From the NCBI GenBank assembly GCA_030704615.1, contig CM060734.1, positions 50,902,001 to 50,966,000 on the forward strand: DNA of 64,000 nt. Direction: 5' to 3'. Origin of the DNA: Takakia lepidozioides (lineage: Eukaryota > Plantae > Bryophyta). Shown one piece after another: positions 13,578-26,070 of this stretch; the stretch's first letter is position 1; every line of letters begins with the position of its first letter. The position numbers were made by a program, and so were the translations under genes. The notes beneath the pieces are model-generated. The model was not told the DNA's origin. It was given only the letters and a program-made list of their open reading frames with translations, and searched no databases.

Positions 13578-16500
13578 AAAACGACCAGAAGAGAGCCAGT
13601 AGGGGATTTGGTCTTCCAAGAGTTGAAGTCTTTTGATCGGCTGGACCAACAACAGACTCTTATGTAAGAGAAATGTTGGAGTGGAATGGTGATGGGGATG
13701 GGTCTTTGCAGAGTCAGCATGGAAGTAAGCGGGCAGACTGAGAATGAGTAACCAGAGGGCGTGGTCTCTTCTGATCGAGTGACAAAATATGACCTCACCA
13801 ATGTCGTGTGGCGAAGAGATCCATTGCCTCGGCTGTGGCTGTTTTACACCATTTGTGAGTGTCCAGCCATGATTGAGGGATGGATTGTAAGATGGCTTCA
13901 AAACATATGAATAAGGTTGAGACTTTCCAGAGAACAGCCCAAGACCAAGAGAGGGGGAGAGAGAGAGAGAGAGCACCTTAGCAGCACCACAATAACATAG
14001 TTCATACTAGAATCAATGCAGAAAAAGAGACTTGAGTGAGGGATATGGAGAAGTAGAAATCCCATGGCAGTTGTTTTCTTCAGGTAATGAGAACATGTTG
14101 TATGCTAGAACAGGGGCACTTATCTTCTGTTTGGATCAACGCCTGGTATGTTGTGGAGCCCACTTTAATTGTTTCTGTGGCTAAGTACCCCTTTTGGCAA
14201 TCTGACGTCTTTCTCTATTGTCCATGTCTACCGCAGTATTACATTAACATTGAGCTTGAGAGCTTGACCACATTGTTGAGTCTCAGTTTGTGTGACCGAA
14301 ATGATCTGTGGCAGTGGGTGCAGGTGAATCAGTTATGAGATGATTCATTACTTGTCAGTCCTCTGGGTGCAATCTTGGCTTACAGTTTGTTTGATTCTTT
14401 TGTGTGGAACTTGGAGGGGCCATCTGGAAGCCCCTTGCAGACTTAAACTTTCAACACAGATGCAATCAACTAGGTACCCAAAAAGCTGAGATCATATTTG
14501 GAGTGCATGGTAGTACATGTATAACTGGATTTAGTGAGCGGTGTAGTTTTACTGGGCTGAGATTCACATTCCAGCTCATGATTCTCTCTTTCAATCTATT
14601 GAGTACGATTTGAAATTTGTGGTATATCTGAGTAAAGGACTTACTCATAAGTATGTGGTTTTGATGCAAGCGGATGCAGGTGGTTGTGAATAAGAAGGTG
14701 ACTTGCCTTGCAGCCGCATATTATAGTGGGCAAGTATAACGTCCCTGTGAACTCGAACCTGCGACAGGCTTGGCAGGACGTTGAACAGTTCAGCAATCGT
14801 CGACGGCTGTCTGGGTGAGGTGATGAGGATGTCACGTGGAACAGCTGGTGGTGGCAATGTGGTGGCAGGATTCCGTTGATCAAGACCAAAAGCTTGAAAT
14901 GATGATGTTGAGAAGTGTACAGGGAGGAGAGCAGGGGACTTGACTCTCTTCTTCTGGTTTTTGGTTCCCTAGATAGAAGAGCTCATAGATGTTGGCCGTA
15001 CAGAGTGTGGAAGACAAGACGGCCATGGTGAATAGTGTCTACGAACAGGGAAGAGAGAGATAATACAGAAACTGATGCATGGTGTGGCGGTTGGGAGGAC
15101 TGGTTGTGTTCCAGTACCATGTACAATTCTAGGACTGGGTGCTAGTTCCTGTTGAGTCAAGAATTATGGTGACTTCAAGGATCTGTACATAAAGAAAGAA
15201 TGGCGGTGTTTGGCCATTTAGTGGAATAAGACAAGAGGAATGTAAGAGCAAGTCAGGATAAGTTGGAAATTGTCATGACAGTGGGGATAGCATTATTATT
15301 TCTGTGTAGGAATTTCAGGCACGTACATCTGGAATTAGAAACGTAGGGGTCATAGTTGGCCCATAGTTGGGCTCACTCTGGTGGTAACTTTTATAAATTC
15401 TACCCTTGGATCTAGAAGTAGTTTTGACTAGGCTCACTATTGTAATGCAATCCATGCCCTCACCAAAGGGATTGAGTAAAACATCTCATAATTATCAATA
15501 GGTCAATATTGGAATGGGCTCAGCTTGAATTGCCAAGCTATGGAAGTTATTTTGACCCCCCCTCCAACACATACAAGGACCCTAATGAAAACAAATGTTG
15601 GTTGGCTTGAGATTTTCACAATTAAATAGTTGACAAGGATACCATACCACATTTTTATGTGGAAGGCATAAGCAAGAAAAATCAACTTGTCACCCAAATA
15701 GCTTGGTCAAAGCTCAAATTTCATACTTTACAAAATCCAAAAACAAATACAATACCCTACTAAAACATTAGAATCTCTCTAGTCGGACGGTGAATATCTA
15801 TGCAAATTGTTGAGTTGATGTACATGGTAGCTAAGGCAAATCTGGTAAGGTTCTTTTTTTTTGGATGCTACAAGGTAGGTGTGTAGCCTTGCCAAATGTC
15901 ACTTGAGAAATTTGCCCAATGGGTGGGGGTTAAGATCAAAGAGCATGTGAAGTACTGGATCATTTACGCTACTGAATGAACAGTGTGGAGCCACATAGCT
16001 GGCAACCACACAAGTGACTAGTGAGAGGGATGTTTGTGAGAAAGACTCAGTTGCAAAGGTTTGGAAGGTCACGAACACACCTCTGTAGCTACATTACAAC
16101 CACTTCTACCTAAGAAATGCACATAATAATTCAACGAGCTAAGTATTCAATCCCTCAAATCAAAGTAGCCTCACTTTGCTTTCTTACCCACGCACATGTG
16201 AATGGAACTTTGAAATTATATGAGTCGAGATTTGAAAAGCTGGTCAGCAAGAAGGAAAGAATATAATGGGGAGCTAACAAGCCAAGCTAGCTATGTGGAT
16301 AGCATATATATACTTGCAGCATTAACTTGGATGGGACCGTCTCTTTGAGCGAACCGTGCAGCTAATGAGGGCGTCCTGGGTTCAACTCTTCGTAACTAGA
16401 AGATCCAGGGCTATCAGTTGGACGCTCCGGAGAAGAGATTATTTTGCATTCTGTAAAGAAAGCCCATCGACAAAGAAGGGAGAGAGATGCTCGGTCACAT

Positions 16501-16595
16501 AACTATTCTTGACTGAAAGAGGATATTCGGGCATCAGTGGCGGTTGTCTCTCGGCCGGCTTCGACGGGCTTCGGGGACGCAGTTCCTCGGGGGCC

Positions 16596-16601
16596 TATAT
16601 A
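16596..16601 (+). promoter_or_regulatory. Putative TATA box of the duplicated upstream block
   Basis: TATATA follows a GC-rich stretch and precedes a CT-rich leader. It is kept in all five block copies (also 47866+, 46418-, 50197-, 54048-). Function is inferred. Confidence 0.4.
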
Positions 16602-17587
16602 CGTCCGTCAGCCCATCGCTCTTCTCCTCCGCGGCGCAATCTCTTGCATTAGCCTTCTGAGTGTTCTCTGGTGCAGTCACTTGACCTTCGGTGTAGGTGC
16701 AGGTGTTTTCCTGGTGGCTTAGCCTCTCCCAAGGGCAGTCTTTGGCGGTGTTTATTCGTTTGTGTTGTTGCTCTATTGTTGTTTCCTTAGTTCCATAGTT
16801 TGGGATCACTTCTCTTTATTGTTCCATATTAGAAGGACAATTGATGGTTGTTCCTCGTAGTTCATATGGTTGCATGGTGGTTTGGTAGTGGCTATATATC
16901 AGTGACCATGGTTGTTTTATCAACGCAGCTCACAATGCGAGTGGCTCCTATGAGTTCATTGCTCTCTTTGATTTTTCTCGTAGGATGGTTGGCCTTGATT
17001 GCTGGGGGTGATTTAATATCTATAGGGCTCTTCCTATCGTCGGTTGTCCACTGTTTGACTTTGTAATGTCATCCTTTTTCTTCTTGCTTTGCCACTTTGG
17101 TTGTGGTCAAGGTTGTCGTAACAGTTGTGGTTGTGGTAACAGGCATAGACTGTACTTGTTTGTTGATGGTTCTTCCTTTTGATCATTTTTTCCATTGTTC
17201 TACTTTACTGCCACTATTGTTCTTCCTGACTCCACTAATTCGGGCTCTCATGTGTGGTGTGGTGCGAATGGCTGCCATCCCCGTTTTAATGTCACCCAGG
17301 TTGTTCTTATATTCTTGCTACTTCTGTTCTTTGACTACCGACATAACTTCACTATCACCTTTGTTTTTTTCCATCTAGATGTAGTGTCTCCAATTGGGAA
17401 TTCTATTTGGAAGATACGTTTGACCCTCTTTCGTCTTGATTCGATTCCGCTGGCCATAAGTGATTTGTTTACGTTTGATTTTCTCTAGCATCCATTATGC
17501 TGACGTCCGCTGTGGCCATTTGTATATAGAAACCATCGTTGGAAATTCTTCTTCTCACAACCTGCAGCACATGGGTAGGTTGCAGAT

Positions 17588-18301
17588 ATGGGGTTGACAT
17601 GTCGGGCTGCCCACTATTTAGAGATCCGTCAGCGAACCAGTAATTGGGTGGCGGCTGCTGTTCAGTATGCAGTCCGGGAGCACCGTCAAAGAATGGCAAT
17701 CGCTGCTGTTCAGTATGCAGTCTGGGAGCACCGCCGCAGAATGACAAGCTTATGGAGGCTTGCAATTTCTCTGCAGAATGGTCGGGTACATCGTAGCCTA
17801 CGGAGGCTTGAAGTTTCTCTGCAGAATGGTCGGGTATATCGTAGCCGGCCTATAGCCCAGGGCAAAGATCGGGTCGCTCAGGGCACTAGTGCTATCCGCG
17901 AGGCTATCCATCATGGTGTTTGGCAGGTATATCATAGGGCCACAACTCAGCCTGTCCAAAGTGGTGCCAGGGTACACCCCAGGCGTAGAGCCCAGGCCAT
18001 TATGCAGACAACTTTCGAATTTCTCATGAAGGTCAAGAAGAGATTGTTCGTTGATGAAGAGCATGTCTACAAAGCCTTTCTTGAGCTTCTCCAGATGTTC
18101 AGGCAAGGAATTAAGTCACTCGATGAAGTTTACCACGGAGTGGCCACTCTTTTCCACAACCACCCTGATCTTTATCAGAGTTCACTCGAGATTGGTACCC
18201 ACCAAATGGTGAAGTGGACCATATGGCTTAGGGATGATGGCCAGCGGAAGATTGGTGGTCGAATGGGATATAGTCACCAATTCAATATGGTTCTTAACTA
18301 A
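17588..18301 (+). CDS. Single-PAH-domain (Sin3-like) protein, copy A; C-terminus frameshifted, possible pseudogene
   Basis: FEFLMKVKKRLFVDEEHVYKAFLELLQMFRQGIKSLDEVYHGVATLFHNHPDL fits the PAH consensus. Has two internal ~45-bp duplications and a 1-bp loss at ~18175 relative to copy C. Confidence 0.7.
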   Translation: MGLTCRAAHYLEIRQRTSNWVAAAVQYAVREHRQRMAIAAVQYAVWEHRRRMTSLWRLAISLQNGRVHRSLRRLEVSLQNGRVYRSRPIAQGKDRVAQGTSAIREAIHHGVWQVYHRATTQPVQSGARVHPRRRAQAIMQTTFEFLMKVKKRLFVDEEHVYKAFLELLQMFRQGIKSLDEVYHGVATLFHNHPDLYQSSLEIGTHQMVKWTIWLRDDGQRKIGGRMGYSHQFNMVLN

Positions 18302-20126
18302 GACTTGATGCTAAACGATTTTTGGTTGTGGATACTTAGCTCTAGATTTTTGTAAACTTTGCTGATCTGAAGTTCACAACACCTTTCTAGTGTTGTCTTT
18401 CTTAAGAATTGCACGACTATAGGGACATTGAACCTTTCAGTTTTGTCTTCCTCAATTCTTAAGAGCAAGGATCAATATTTCTGTAAGTATCTGTTGTTGG
18501 GACTTCAATAAAGACCTTCAGATTCAATGTGATTTTTTCTGTTTGGTGTGGGAAGAATGTTTTTCTTTTTTATGATGTATATGTTTTAATTTGTAGTCAC
18601 TATTGTTGGAATAGTGAATAATACTTTCGAATCCAGAAATTCAAGGTGCAGACAGCAAATGGTTGTTGCTTCTTGCAAAAGGCATATCTGCTGAAACTGC
18701 TCAATATTATGATATAATAACTAACTTAGGAAAAGCAGTCTTTGTGTATGCGAGTACTTTCACAAGTCAGAGATCTATGCATGATCGATTTCTCCTAATT
18801 CCTCTTCAATGCCTACAATTGGGTATAGTTCAAATGCATATGTTTGCCACTATTATCTACTAGAAAGGTCTCAGGGCTCTTCCAAGACGTAAGCGTTTTG
18901 TAATTTCCTCCACATTTGAAGACTCAGCGAGTCCTGAAGACTTCCTTTTGACAAGCTCTTCACAAGGTTATCAACTTAAAGCTCTACACTAAATTCTGAA
19001 ATCTACTGATGTACTGTTATAAGCTGAAACCTCTTCAAATCTCAATTACTTCTTCAGACCTAATTACTTTAATTTGCAATACTTAAAGAACTGCCAACAT
19101 TTCTGGATCCTTGGTATAATTTATGGTGACCTTATAAGCACAACCTACCACCCAAGTTTGGAATTAAAGCCCACTAATTATGCTCTACTAGAAGGTGAGC
19201 AAATATATAATGAATATACATACCTAACATGTTACCAAATTATATTTAACATAAAATTAAAACTAATTAATGTCGACTAAGATTGAACCCTGGTTATACA
19301 CAGGCAGGGCACAAACACCCTACTACTGGGCTGCCCAACTAAATAGTAAACTTGAGCATTAGAAGAGTTTCACTACGGAAAGATATCTAAGTGTCCATTC
19401 TATATTCAACATAGATTGCTTCTTTAAAGTTGGGCAAAAATATAATATGAGCAGCCTCAAATATGTAGGCTTTGGCATAAAAAGTTCCAAAACATAGTTA
19501 ACCAGCCAATCAATCTTGACTGAACCAAATTGTGTGGTTCTCAAGTCATTATTACTATTTCTACCATCTATAGTAAAGAGTAAAGTTTCTTTAACTTCCA
19601 GTGAATTTACAGAGAACACACAGACCATCAAGGGGACAATGGACGGTTGAAAGCACATGTTGAAGGATTGAACCCAGGATCACCCAGGTTATGGGCACCA
19701 AATACCCAACCGCGGTGCCTACTCCATGTATAGTGACAATGATAATAGATCTAGAAACATAGATCATGAAAAAAGAAAACATTTTTGATGCCAAACATAA
19801 AAGGAAACTTGGGGAATTTGCAGAGTGACGTCCCACAAAATAGAAAAAAATTCGTCTTGCACTTGAGAGTCATTAAGAGAGTCATTAACAGGTTTGAGTC
19901 TGCTTAATGTCCCTACAGTTGTTCCGAAACGTATGGACACTAGAGACTTGTGGTGAACTAACTCCGTAGCCTCAACCAAAGTTTACAAAAATCTCTAGCA
20001 TGCCCACCCAAAAATGTCAGTGCAACATCCATAGCCAGAAACATTTGAGCACCAATGGAACACCATGCTCCAGTCCCATCATCGCACACCCATCTTGAGC
20101 ATCACGCTTCCTTAGACCGTGCGGTT

Positions 20127-20690
20127 TCAACACCAATCCCGACCAAACTCTTCAAGAAGATGAGCGTGGTTGTGGAAAAGACTAGCCGCCTCTTGGTACA
20201 CTCGGTTGAGTGATATAATCCTCCCACTACGCAGCTGAAGAACCTCCACAAAAGACTTGTAGATATGCTCTTCACCAGCGAAGCTGTCCTCGACTTTCCG
20301 TAGGAACTGGAGGGCTCTAAGAAACTGGTCCATTGCCTTCAGAGGCCTGATTACAGGTCTGTGATGCAGGGGTGGGATAAACCCGACCAACTCGGGAAGA
20401 AGTTTCAGGACTACCGCGTGGAGGAGCCACCCTAGAACGGTGCTGGACAAAAACTGTACTGCCTTGAGAGACTTGAACATTGGGATGGGCTGAAGGCCTT
20501 CCCCGTCGAGGAGCCACCCTAAGACGATGCTTGACAAGAACTGTAAGTCTGCCTTGAGAGACTTGAACTTGGCGGAAGGCCTTACAGGATGTACTCGATC
20601 ATTCTGAACAGGCACTGTGATCCGAAAGCTTACAATACGGCGACGGAATGTGAGGTGAGCAGCCTCATTGGAGCGAGATATCAAGCCCAT
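20127..20690 (-). CDS. Single-PAH-domain protein, copy B (187 aa)
   Basis: ALQFLRKVEDSFAGEEHIYKSFVEVLQLRSGRIISLNRVYQEAASLFHNHAHLLEEFGRDW. Same MGL start as the paralogues; internal ~29-aa duplication. Confidence 0.72.
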   Translation of the reverse strand: MGLISRSNEAAHLTFRRRIVSFRITVPVQNDRVHPVRPSAKFKSLKADLQFLSSIVLGWLLDGEGLQPIPMFKSLKAVQFLSSTVLGWLLHAVVLKLLPELVGFIPPLHHRPVIRPLKAMDQFLRALQFLRKVEDSFAGEEHIYKSFVEVLQLRSGRIISLNRVYQEAASLFHNHAHLLEEFGRDWC

Positions 20691-21249
20691 GTCACTCTAA
20701 GACCCAACAATGTGATGATTATGAGAAAAAAAACCTAATTTAATGGCGGTACTTTATCTATACAAATTGGCCATATGACTTTGAAGAATTCACTGTAGTC
20801 AAGAATAGCCACAGCCATGCCACCATATCAACTAAGAGTCCTGAGCAACCATGGTTTGAAAGGAGCCATTGTAACAATGAGGCAACAACCACACAAGACT
20901 CATGATCATGGGAGAGACAAAGGCCACCAAGGAACTGCACCTGTACTGGAGACTGTTGGGAGACACTGCGCCACCCTAAGGAACTGCAGCACAGAAGACT
21001 AATGTGAGCCGCATAGAATCTCCACCACCAAAAACTGACAACAATGTTCAGTCAGTGTCAACCACTGAAGTACCACCACCATAGTGGTTAAGCATGAAAA
21101 AAAGTGGTGACAATAAAGGAAAACAATGAGAAAAAAAATGAAATGAAATGAAATGAAATGGTACTTTATAACGTCCGCGGAAAGCTCATAGAGCTTATGG
21201 GACAAAATGGAAACATGAGAGAGGAACAAGTCCAGAAACCACAATTAAT

Positions 21250-24200
21250 GTTCTAGCGAATGTCGAAGGGTGAAGGCCTCGTGCAGGTAGGCTGCCAAGC
21301 ATTTTTTATCCTCATAGTTGGAGACATTAGTGAGAGTTTGGGTTCCACTGAATAAATAGTGGAATCTCCCACGGATCTCATAGTATAGAGGGCAGTAGAA
21401 GAGGAAGTGTTCTTCAGTTTCAATTTCCTGGCTGCGCCCTATGCAAGCTGGACATAGGCGGTCCTCCCGTTGCAGGTTTTCCTATCTGCCAGTCTCTATC
21501 CGTAGGTTGTGGGAACCCACCCTGAACCGCCCCTATGCCCTCAGGAGGGAAGGAGATAAGGATGCTGAAAGGTAATTTGGTCTCAAGATTCTATTGTCGC
21601 GGAGCACCAAGAATGTCTCTCGATAGAAGTGGAGCTTTGTTGTGAGATTGGGTAGCTTCCAAGTTCTCTGGACATGTAATTCCATAAGCTCTCTCCTAAT
21701 GAGTCTGTTGCGGTCATGTCTGGACGTGATGTCCACCTCATCTGGATTCATTGGTAATAGGAAAGCAATAGAAAGTCCGTTATGTTGAAATAAACTGTCC
21801 ACTGGAGCATACCAGGAGTTCCTGAAACCTGCAGCTTTGAGCCTCATAGATGTTGTGAGGGCCCTTGCCACGAGCCCCTTGGGTAGAAAGGCCTATAATC
21901 TATGGAGAAAGATTGTAAGCCGGAAGAGGGCCTCGGATTGCAATGGTACACATGCGAACTCTGCCCCTAGGATCTGAGATGGAGTTGTGCTCCTGGCGCC
22001 AAGCATTGCTTGGAGAAAAGATGATTGTAATGGCTCCAAATTCTTTTCCCACCAGGAGACAGGGACACCAGGTGCCCAGAACTCACAACCATAGATGGTA
22101 GCAGGGCTGACGACAGTGTCAAACAACCACTTTTTGGTTGGGGGATGACGCAGATGTATTTGCTTGCATTTGGCCTGAAGGCGGACGGAGGCCGCCTTAC
22201 CTTTAGTCAATCTGTCCAAGGCAGTGGCTACAAAGTGAAACTTGGGGGAGTGGATAACCAGGCCCAGGTATCGGTATGATTTCACAATCTCAATTTCTTG
22301 CTGGTTGAAGATGAATCTACGATCAGCCTGGCCATTGAAGACCATGATCTTGGTCTTGCTAAGATTGATTTGCATCCCATAGACTTTGCAGAACTGTTCC
22401 AAAATTTTGAGATGGCGTTGCACGAAGACCGGGGATAGTGCCAAAAGGGCAACATCATCAGCGTAGAGGAGATCTGATTGCGTTGGTCCCCATCCAATGG
22501 TACCCCAACCCCATGGTTTTTTGATATGTAATTCTCCAAAGCGTCAATGTAGATCCCGAACAGCGTAGGTGAAAGGGGGCAGCCCTGTTTGACTCCAATG
22601 TTGCTGTGGACCTCGGCTGAGAATTCACCAGCGACGTGGACCATGCAGTGACAATCTCATACATAGAAGAGATGGCACAAAGGATGTCTGGAGGGACTTC
22701 CACTCTATGGAGCCGTTGGAAGAGAAGGTCTCGAGGAACTGAATCAAAGGCTTTGTGAAAGTCCACGAAGCAAACATAGACCATTCTTTTCTTATAGCGT
22801 GCACTTTCCACCATAACCTGAAGAGTGAAGATGTGGTCAATAGTGGATCTTGCGACGAAAAACAGCATGTCCCCTCGACGAATGCGATAGGACTCAGCCC
22901 AATCATCCAGTTCCATGGCCACTACTGCCCCAAACAGTTTAGCAAGTACCGAGGACACCATGATAGTACAATAGTTGGTCGGTGCGAGCCTGTCACCGCT
23001 CTTGAAGAGTGGGGATGATGCTCTTTGTCCACTCTGTGGGAAAACCCCGTTGCACCACCTCATTGAAGAGGTTAGCTATAAAAGGGATTAAAGTTGATGA
23101 ATTCACTCTGAAGTCCTGAAATGTCTACTGCTCTGCCATTTTGCAGCTTCTTGATTGCCTTCCTGACATTGGCCGTAGTAAAGAGAGAGAAGTGAAGGGG
23201 TTTAGATGTTATAGGAGAGGGAGTTTGGGTTGGGGAATGGTACAAAGACTGTGCATACTCATGCCGGACGTGAATGTCAGTGATTGGGGGAGGGTCTCTA
23301 TGAGGTTTAAGGAGGGACCAAAATGAACGAGGAGAAAATCTGATTTTAGCAAGGAAAGAAGATTGCAACTTGATAGTGTAGGCTCTCTTTTTGATCTAAT
23401 GAGGGACTTATAGTGCTTAAGAGCAGATTAGTGGACTCTGGAGAAGAATTGGTATGTAGTAGTAAAGATTTGATGTGACGTCTAGCAGTCTTGCATTCCT
23501 CATCATAAAATGGGGCATAACGACGAGTGGAGAAGGGTGAGGAGGTAGATGGAAGGGTAACGGGAAAGGATCGCAGGGCTGAGTCCCAAAGGGCTAGAGT
23601 AAGATGTGTAGCCTTGTCGTTAGGAGATGGTAGATGTAGAATGGAGGGGGGGGTTGACGCTAGGTATAATTCATACTCGGCGTCGTGTAAGTGAGAGAAA
23701 GGGGTATTAAAGTGGATACGTGGGTGTAGGGGAAGAGAAGCAGAGGGGACCTTCACGGGGGGGGGGGGGGGGGAGATGGAAGGAATGCAAAGGAAAGGCA
23801 AGAGTGATCAGAATCCGGGTACCTCGTGATGTAAAAGGAGCTTATTCTATCATACTTGTTTGGGCTCCCCAAGAGATAGTCAACCACGTTCTGGCCCTTG
23901 TACATGTGGCAAGTGAACTGGCTGGAGGATTTGAAATTGGTTGTTCCATTGTAAATGGCAAGCCCCTGAGTTTCACAAAATTTGAGTAGATGGTGACCGT
24001 AGCTTGTGATTTCGCAAGAGGAATCTGCACTTTGTCTCTCCAATTCCGGATGCGAGCGTTGGATGTGTAGAGGATCTGTGTGGTCGAATGTGGGGGCCTG
24101 TAGTGATCCTGTATGGGCGTTGAAATCTCCAACCAAGAAAATGTCCGTGTGTAGGGTACGAAGACGGGCCATATCGTCTTCTAATGGAACATATGGTGAA

Positions 24201-24584
24201 TCTGTTCGAATATGTAGGCCACTGTGCGGAGATGCAGCCGGAGCAAAATAACATCCCGCTAGCAGGATGTTGTAGCCTTTTATGTGACACCAAATGTACC
24301 TTGCCAGTGGGTCTTTGAATGGGAAGGAGATAAATGGGAGAAGCCAGTCAGCAAAGTAACAAGCCACACCTCCAGATCCTTTGAGACCTGTACGTGGACG
24401 AGTCACTGACTGAACGTTATAACCGAGAATAAAAGGGGGGTCCTTTCCTTCGTACGCATATGTCTCCAAAAGAAAAAGAACATCACATTTGGAAATAATA
24501 TCTAGAAGCCCTTGGGGTGGCTCCACAACGAGCCATTACAGTTCCATGAGCCAATGTGTAGATGTGAGTGTGTGTTGGTCTCAT
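21250..24584 (-). pseudogene. LINE ORF2 (endonuclease-RT-Zn finger), frameshifted
   Basis: SWNCNG, FLLET, VGDFNAH, VVDYLL, SDH; VDFHKAFDSV, KQGCPLSPTLF, LYADD (~22455-22470); RVGSHNLRIETGR..RLCPAC..EEHFLFYCPLY. Confidence 0.88.
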
Positions 24585-24638
24585 GGTGCCCCAACCCCTA
24601 TTTAGAGCTAGAGGGGCGACGCTCGTGCTCCTGAACAA

Positions 24639-25130
24639 TTACCCTCCATCTCGGTACACGGCATAGTGCCCCTGAGCTCGAGCTTGCTTAACCTGCAAGA
24701 GTTGCGCCCGCATGGCGTTGTATTGCAAAGGGGTCAAGTCATTGTTGAGGTACATACCCTGACCTCTCAATTGAGGCCTTTGCCTGAGGACTCTATCCCG
24801 AGCACCCTTGTCCTTGAATCTAATGAAGAGAACTTTGTGCTCTGAAGATCCTGCACGCCAAGCCTTTTCAATGCCACTCGCTCCCCGTGGTAGAGCAAGG
24901 TTTTGCTGAATAAGGCTGGTGGCAGCGTCAAGAGGGTCCCCCTCAACAAGGCTCCCTAGTTTCCCAGCGACCCTGATGTTAAGGGCTTTGAGAGCCCGTT
25001 GCTGTTCCTCTCGCAAGGTAGCCGAGACTGTCTCCTCTAGAGAGTGAGGGTTGTTGTTGGATGTGCTCCCCTTAACTATTTAGCCCAGGAGGAGGCCTCT
25101 GCCTTGTGAGCTTGGAGCTCCCGAGCCATT
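24639..25130 (-). pseudogene. LINE ORF1, C-terminal half
   Basis: NIRVAG..LFIRFKDKGARDRVL..MYLNNDLTPLQ is typical of an RRM/CTD-type LINE ORF1. It joins 45161-45793 across the TSD. Confidence 0.75.
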
Positions 25131-25318
25131 TGTCGTGCGCATACATATCGCTACACAACTACATCGCTGTCCAAAACCACACAACACATGTGCACACCAC
25201 ACACTAGTATACCACTAGTCCACCACTAGTCCAGCCACTAGTCCAACCACTAGGCTACAACTAGTCAGTCACTAGGCTGCCACTATGCTGCCCACTATGG
25301 CAGTCACTAGTCCACACA
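25131..25318 (-). repeat. Split repeat Y, copy 2 (3' terminus)
   Basis: Direct repeat of 25611-25810; abuts the TSD. Confidence 0.92.
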
Positions 25319-25319
25319 A

Positions 25320-25608
25320 TGATAAAGAAGAGGAATACAAGCACGAGCTCACAAATCTGAAGCATAAACTCATGCATATATAACCTCATCACTCAAATAC
25401 AAGTCAAGCCAAGTGCACCCCACGCCATGGGGAATCCACACTATGGCGCGAGAAAGATGAGCCTTCTGCGCTTGCCGTGAAGATAACCACTCCAGGGCCT
25501 AAATCTGCCTTGACCCCTGGATTGACACTTGGGCCAATCCCAAATGTCAATATGTAAAAGCTAGCTATTTCCTAGCTAGTTTCACACTAGTGGTAAAATA
25601 ACTTGACA
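25320..25608 (-). repeat. Split repeat X, copy 2
   Basis: Joined to Y1 by CA-AC-TG on the sense strand. Confidence 0.92.
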
Positions 25609-25610
25609 GT

Positions 25611-25810
25611 TGTCGTGCGCATACATATCGCTACACAACTACATCGCTGTCCAAACCACACAACACATGTGCACACCCACACCACTAGTCCACCACTAGT
25701 ATACCACTAGTCCACCACTAGTCCAGCCACTAGTCCAACCACTAGGCTACAACTAGTCAGTCACTAGGCTGCCACTATGCTGCCCACTATGGCAGTCACT
25801 AGTCCACACA
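25611..25810 (-). repeat. Split repeat Y, copy 1, preceded by PPT-like AGGGGGGCGAT
   Basis: Near-identical to 25131-25318; contains a CCACTAGT array. Confidence 0.92.
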
Positions 25811-26070
25811 ATCGCCCCCCTAGCTGGTGCTTAGGTCCCTCTAAGTCCAGGTAGCCACAAGATGTGATAGTGACCATAGCCTCACTAAGTCCTCCACCAC
25901 TATCCCTACTACACTCAAACTCGATAGATCAAGAGGCCGGGTGCAAGAGTTGCCCCATCGTTAGTTGCCGTCTTGCAACCTGTGAACTTGAGCTTGGGAT
26001 CTCATGTATTGACTCCTATGAGCTTGGCCTCCCATGTCTTGTTAGCTGCCTCCAGTCATGTCCACTTCCA

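Larger units (their letters stand above)
7620..15400 (-). mobile_element. Highly decayed L1-like LINE (about 7620-8642 and 13578-15400), split by Copia-2
   Basis: L1-type C-terminal motif WHIWRTRCSWIF (~8090-8135) and a post-RT RLKERIMSW-like segment (~14570-14600). Boundaries approximate. Confidence 0.55.
15935..18760 (+). repeat. Duplicated unit copy A (upstream block, PAH gene, downstream block)
   Basis: 16197-18757 aligns by eye with 47466-49587. The upstream block recurs inverted at ~46040-47150, ~50180-50900 and ~53815-54240. Confidence 0.85.

Noticed and set aside
19280-19720. tRNA genes (B-box-like GGGTTCAATC on minus at ~19283 and ~19666)
   Set aside because: No cloverleaf or acceptor stem; at most decayed SINE heads.
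25820-26070. Chromodomain or tyrosine recombinase after the PHD
   Set aside because: Pol stops right after the PHD and the remaining ~250 bp shows neither motif.
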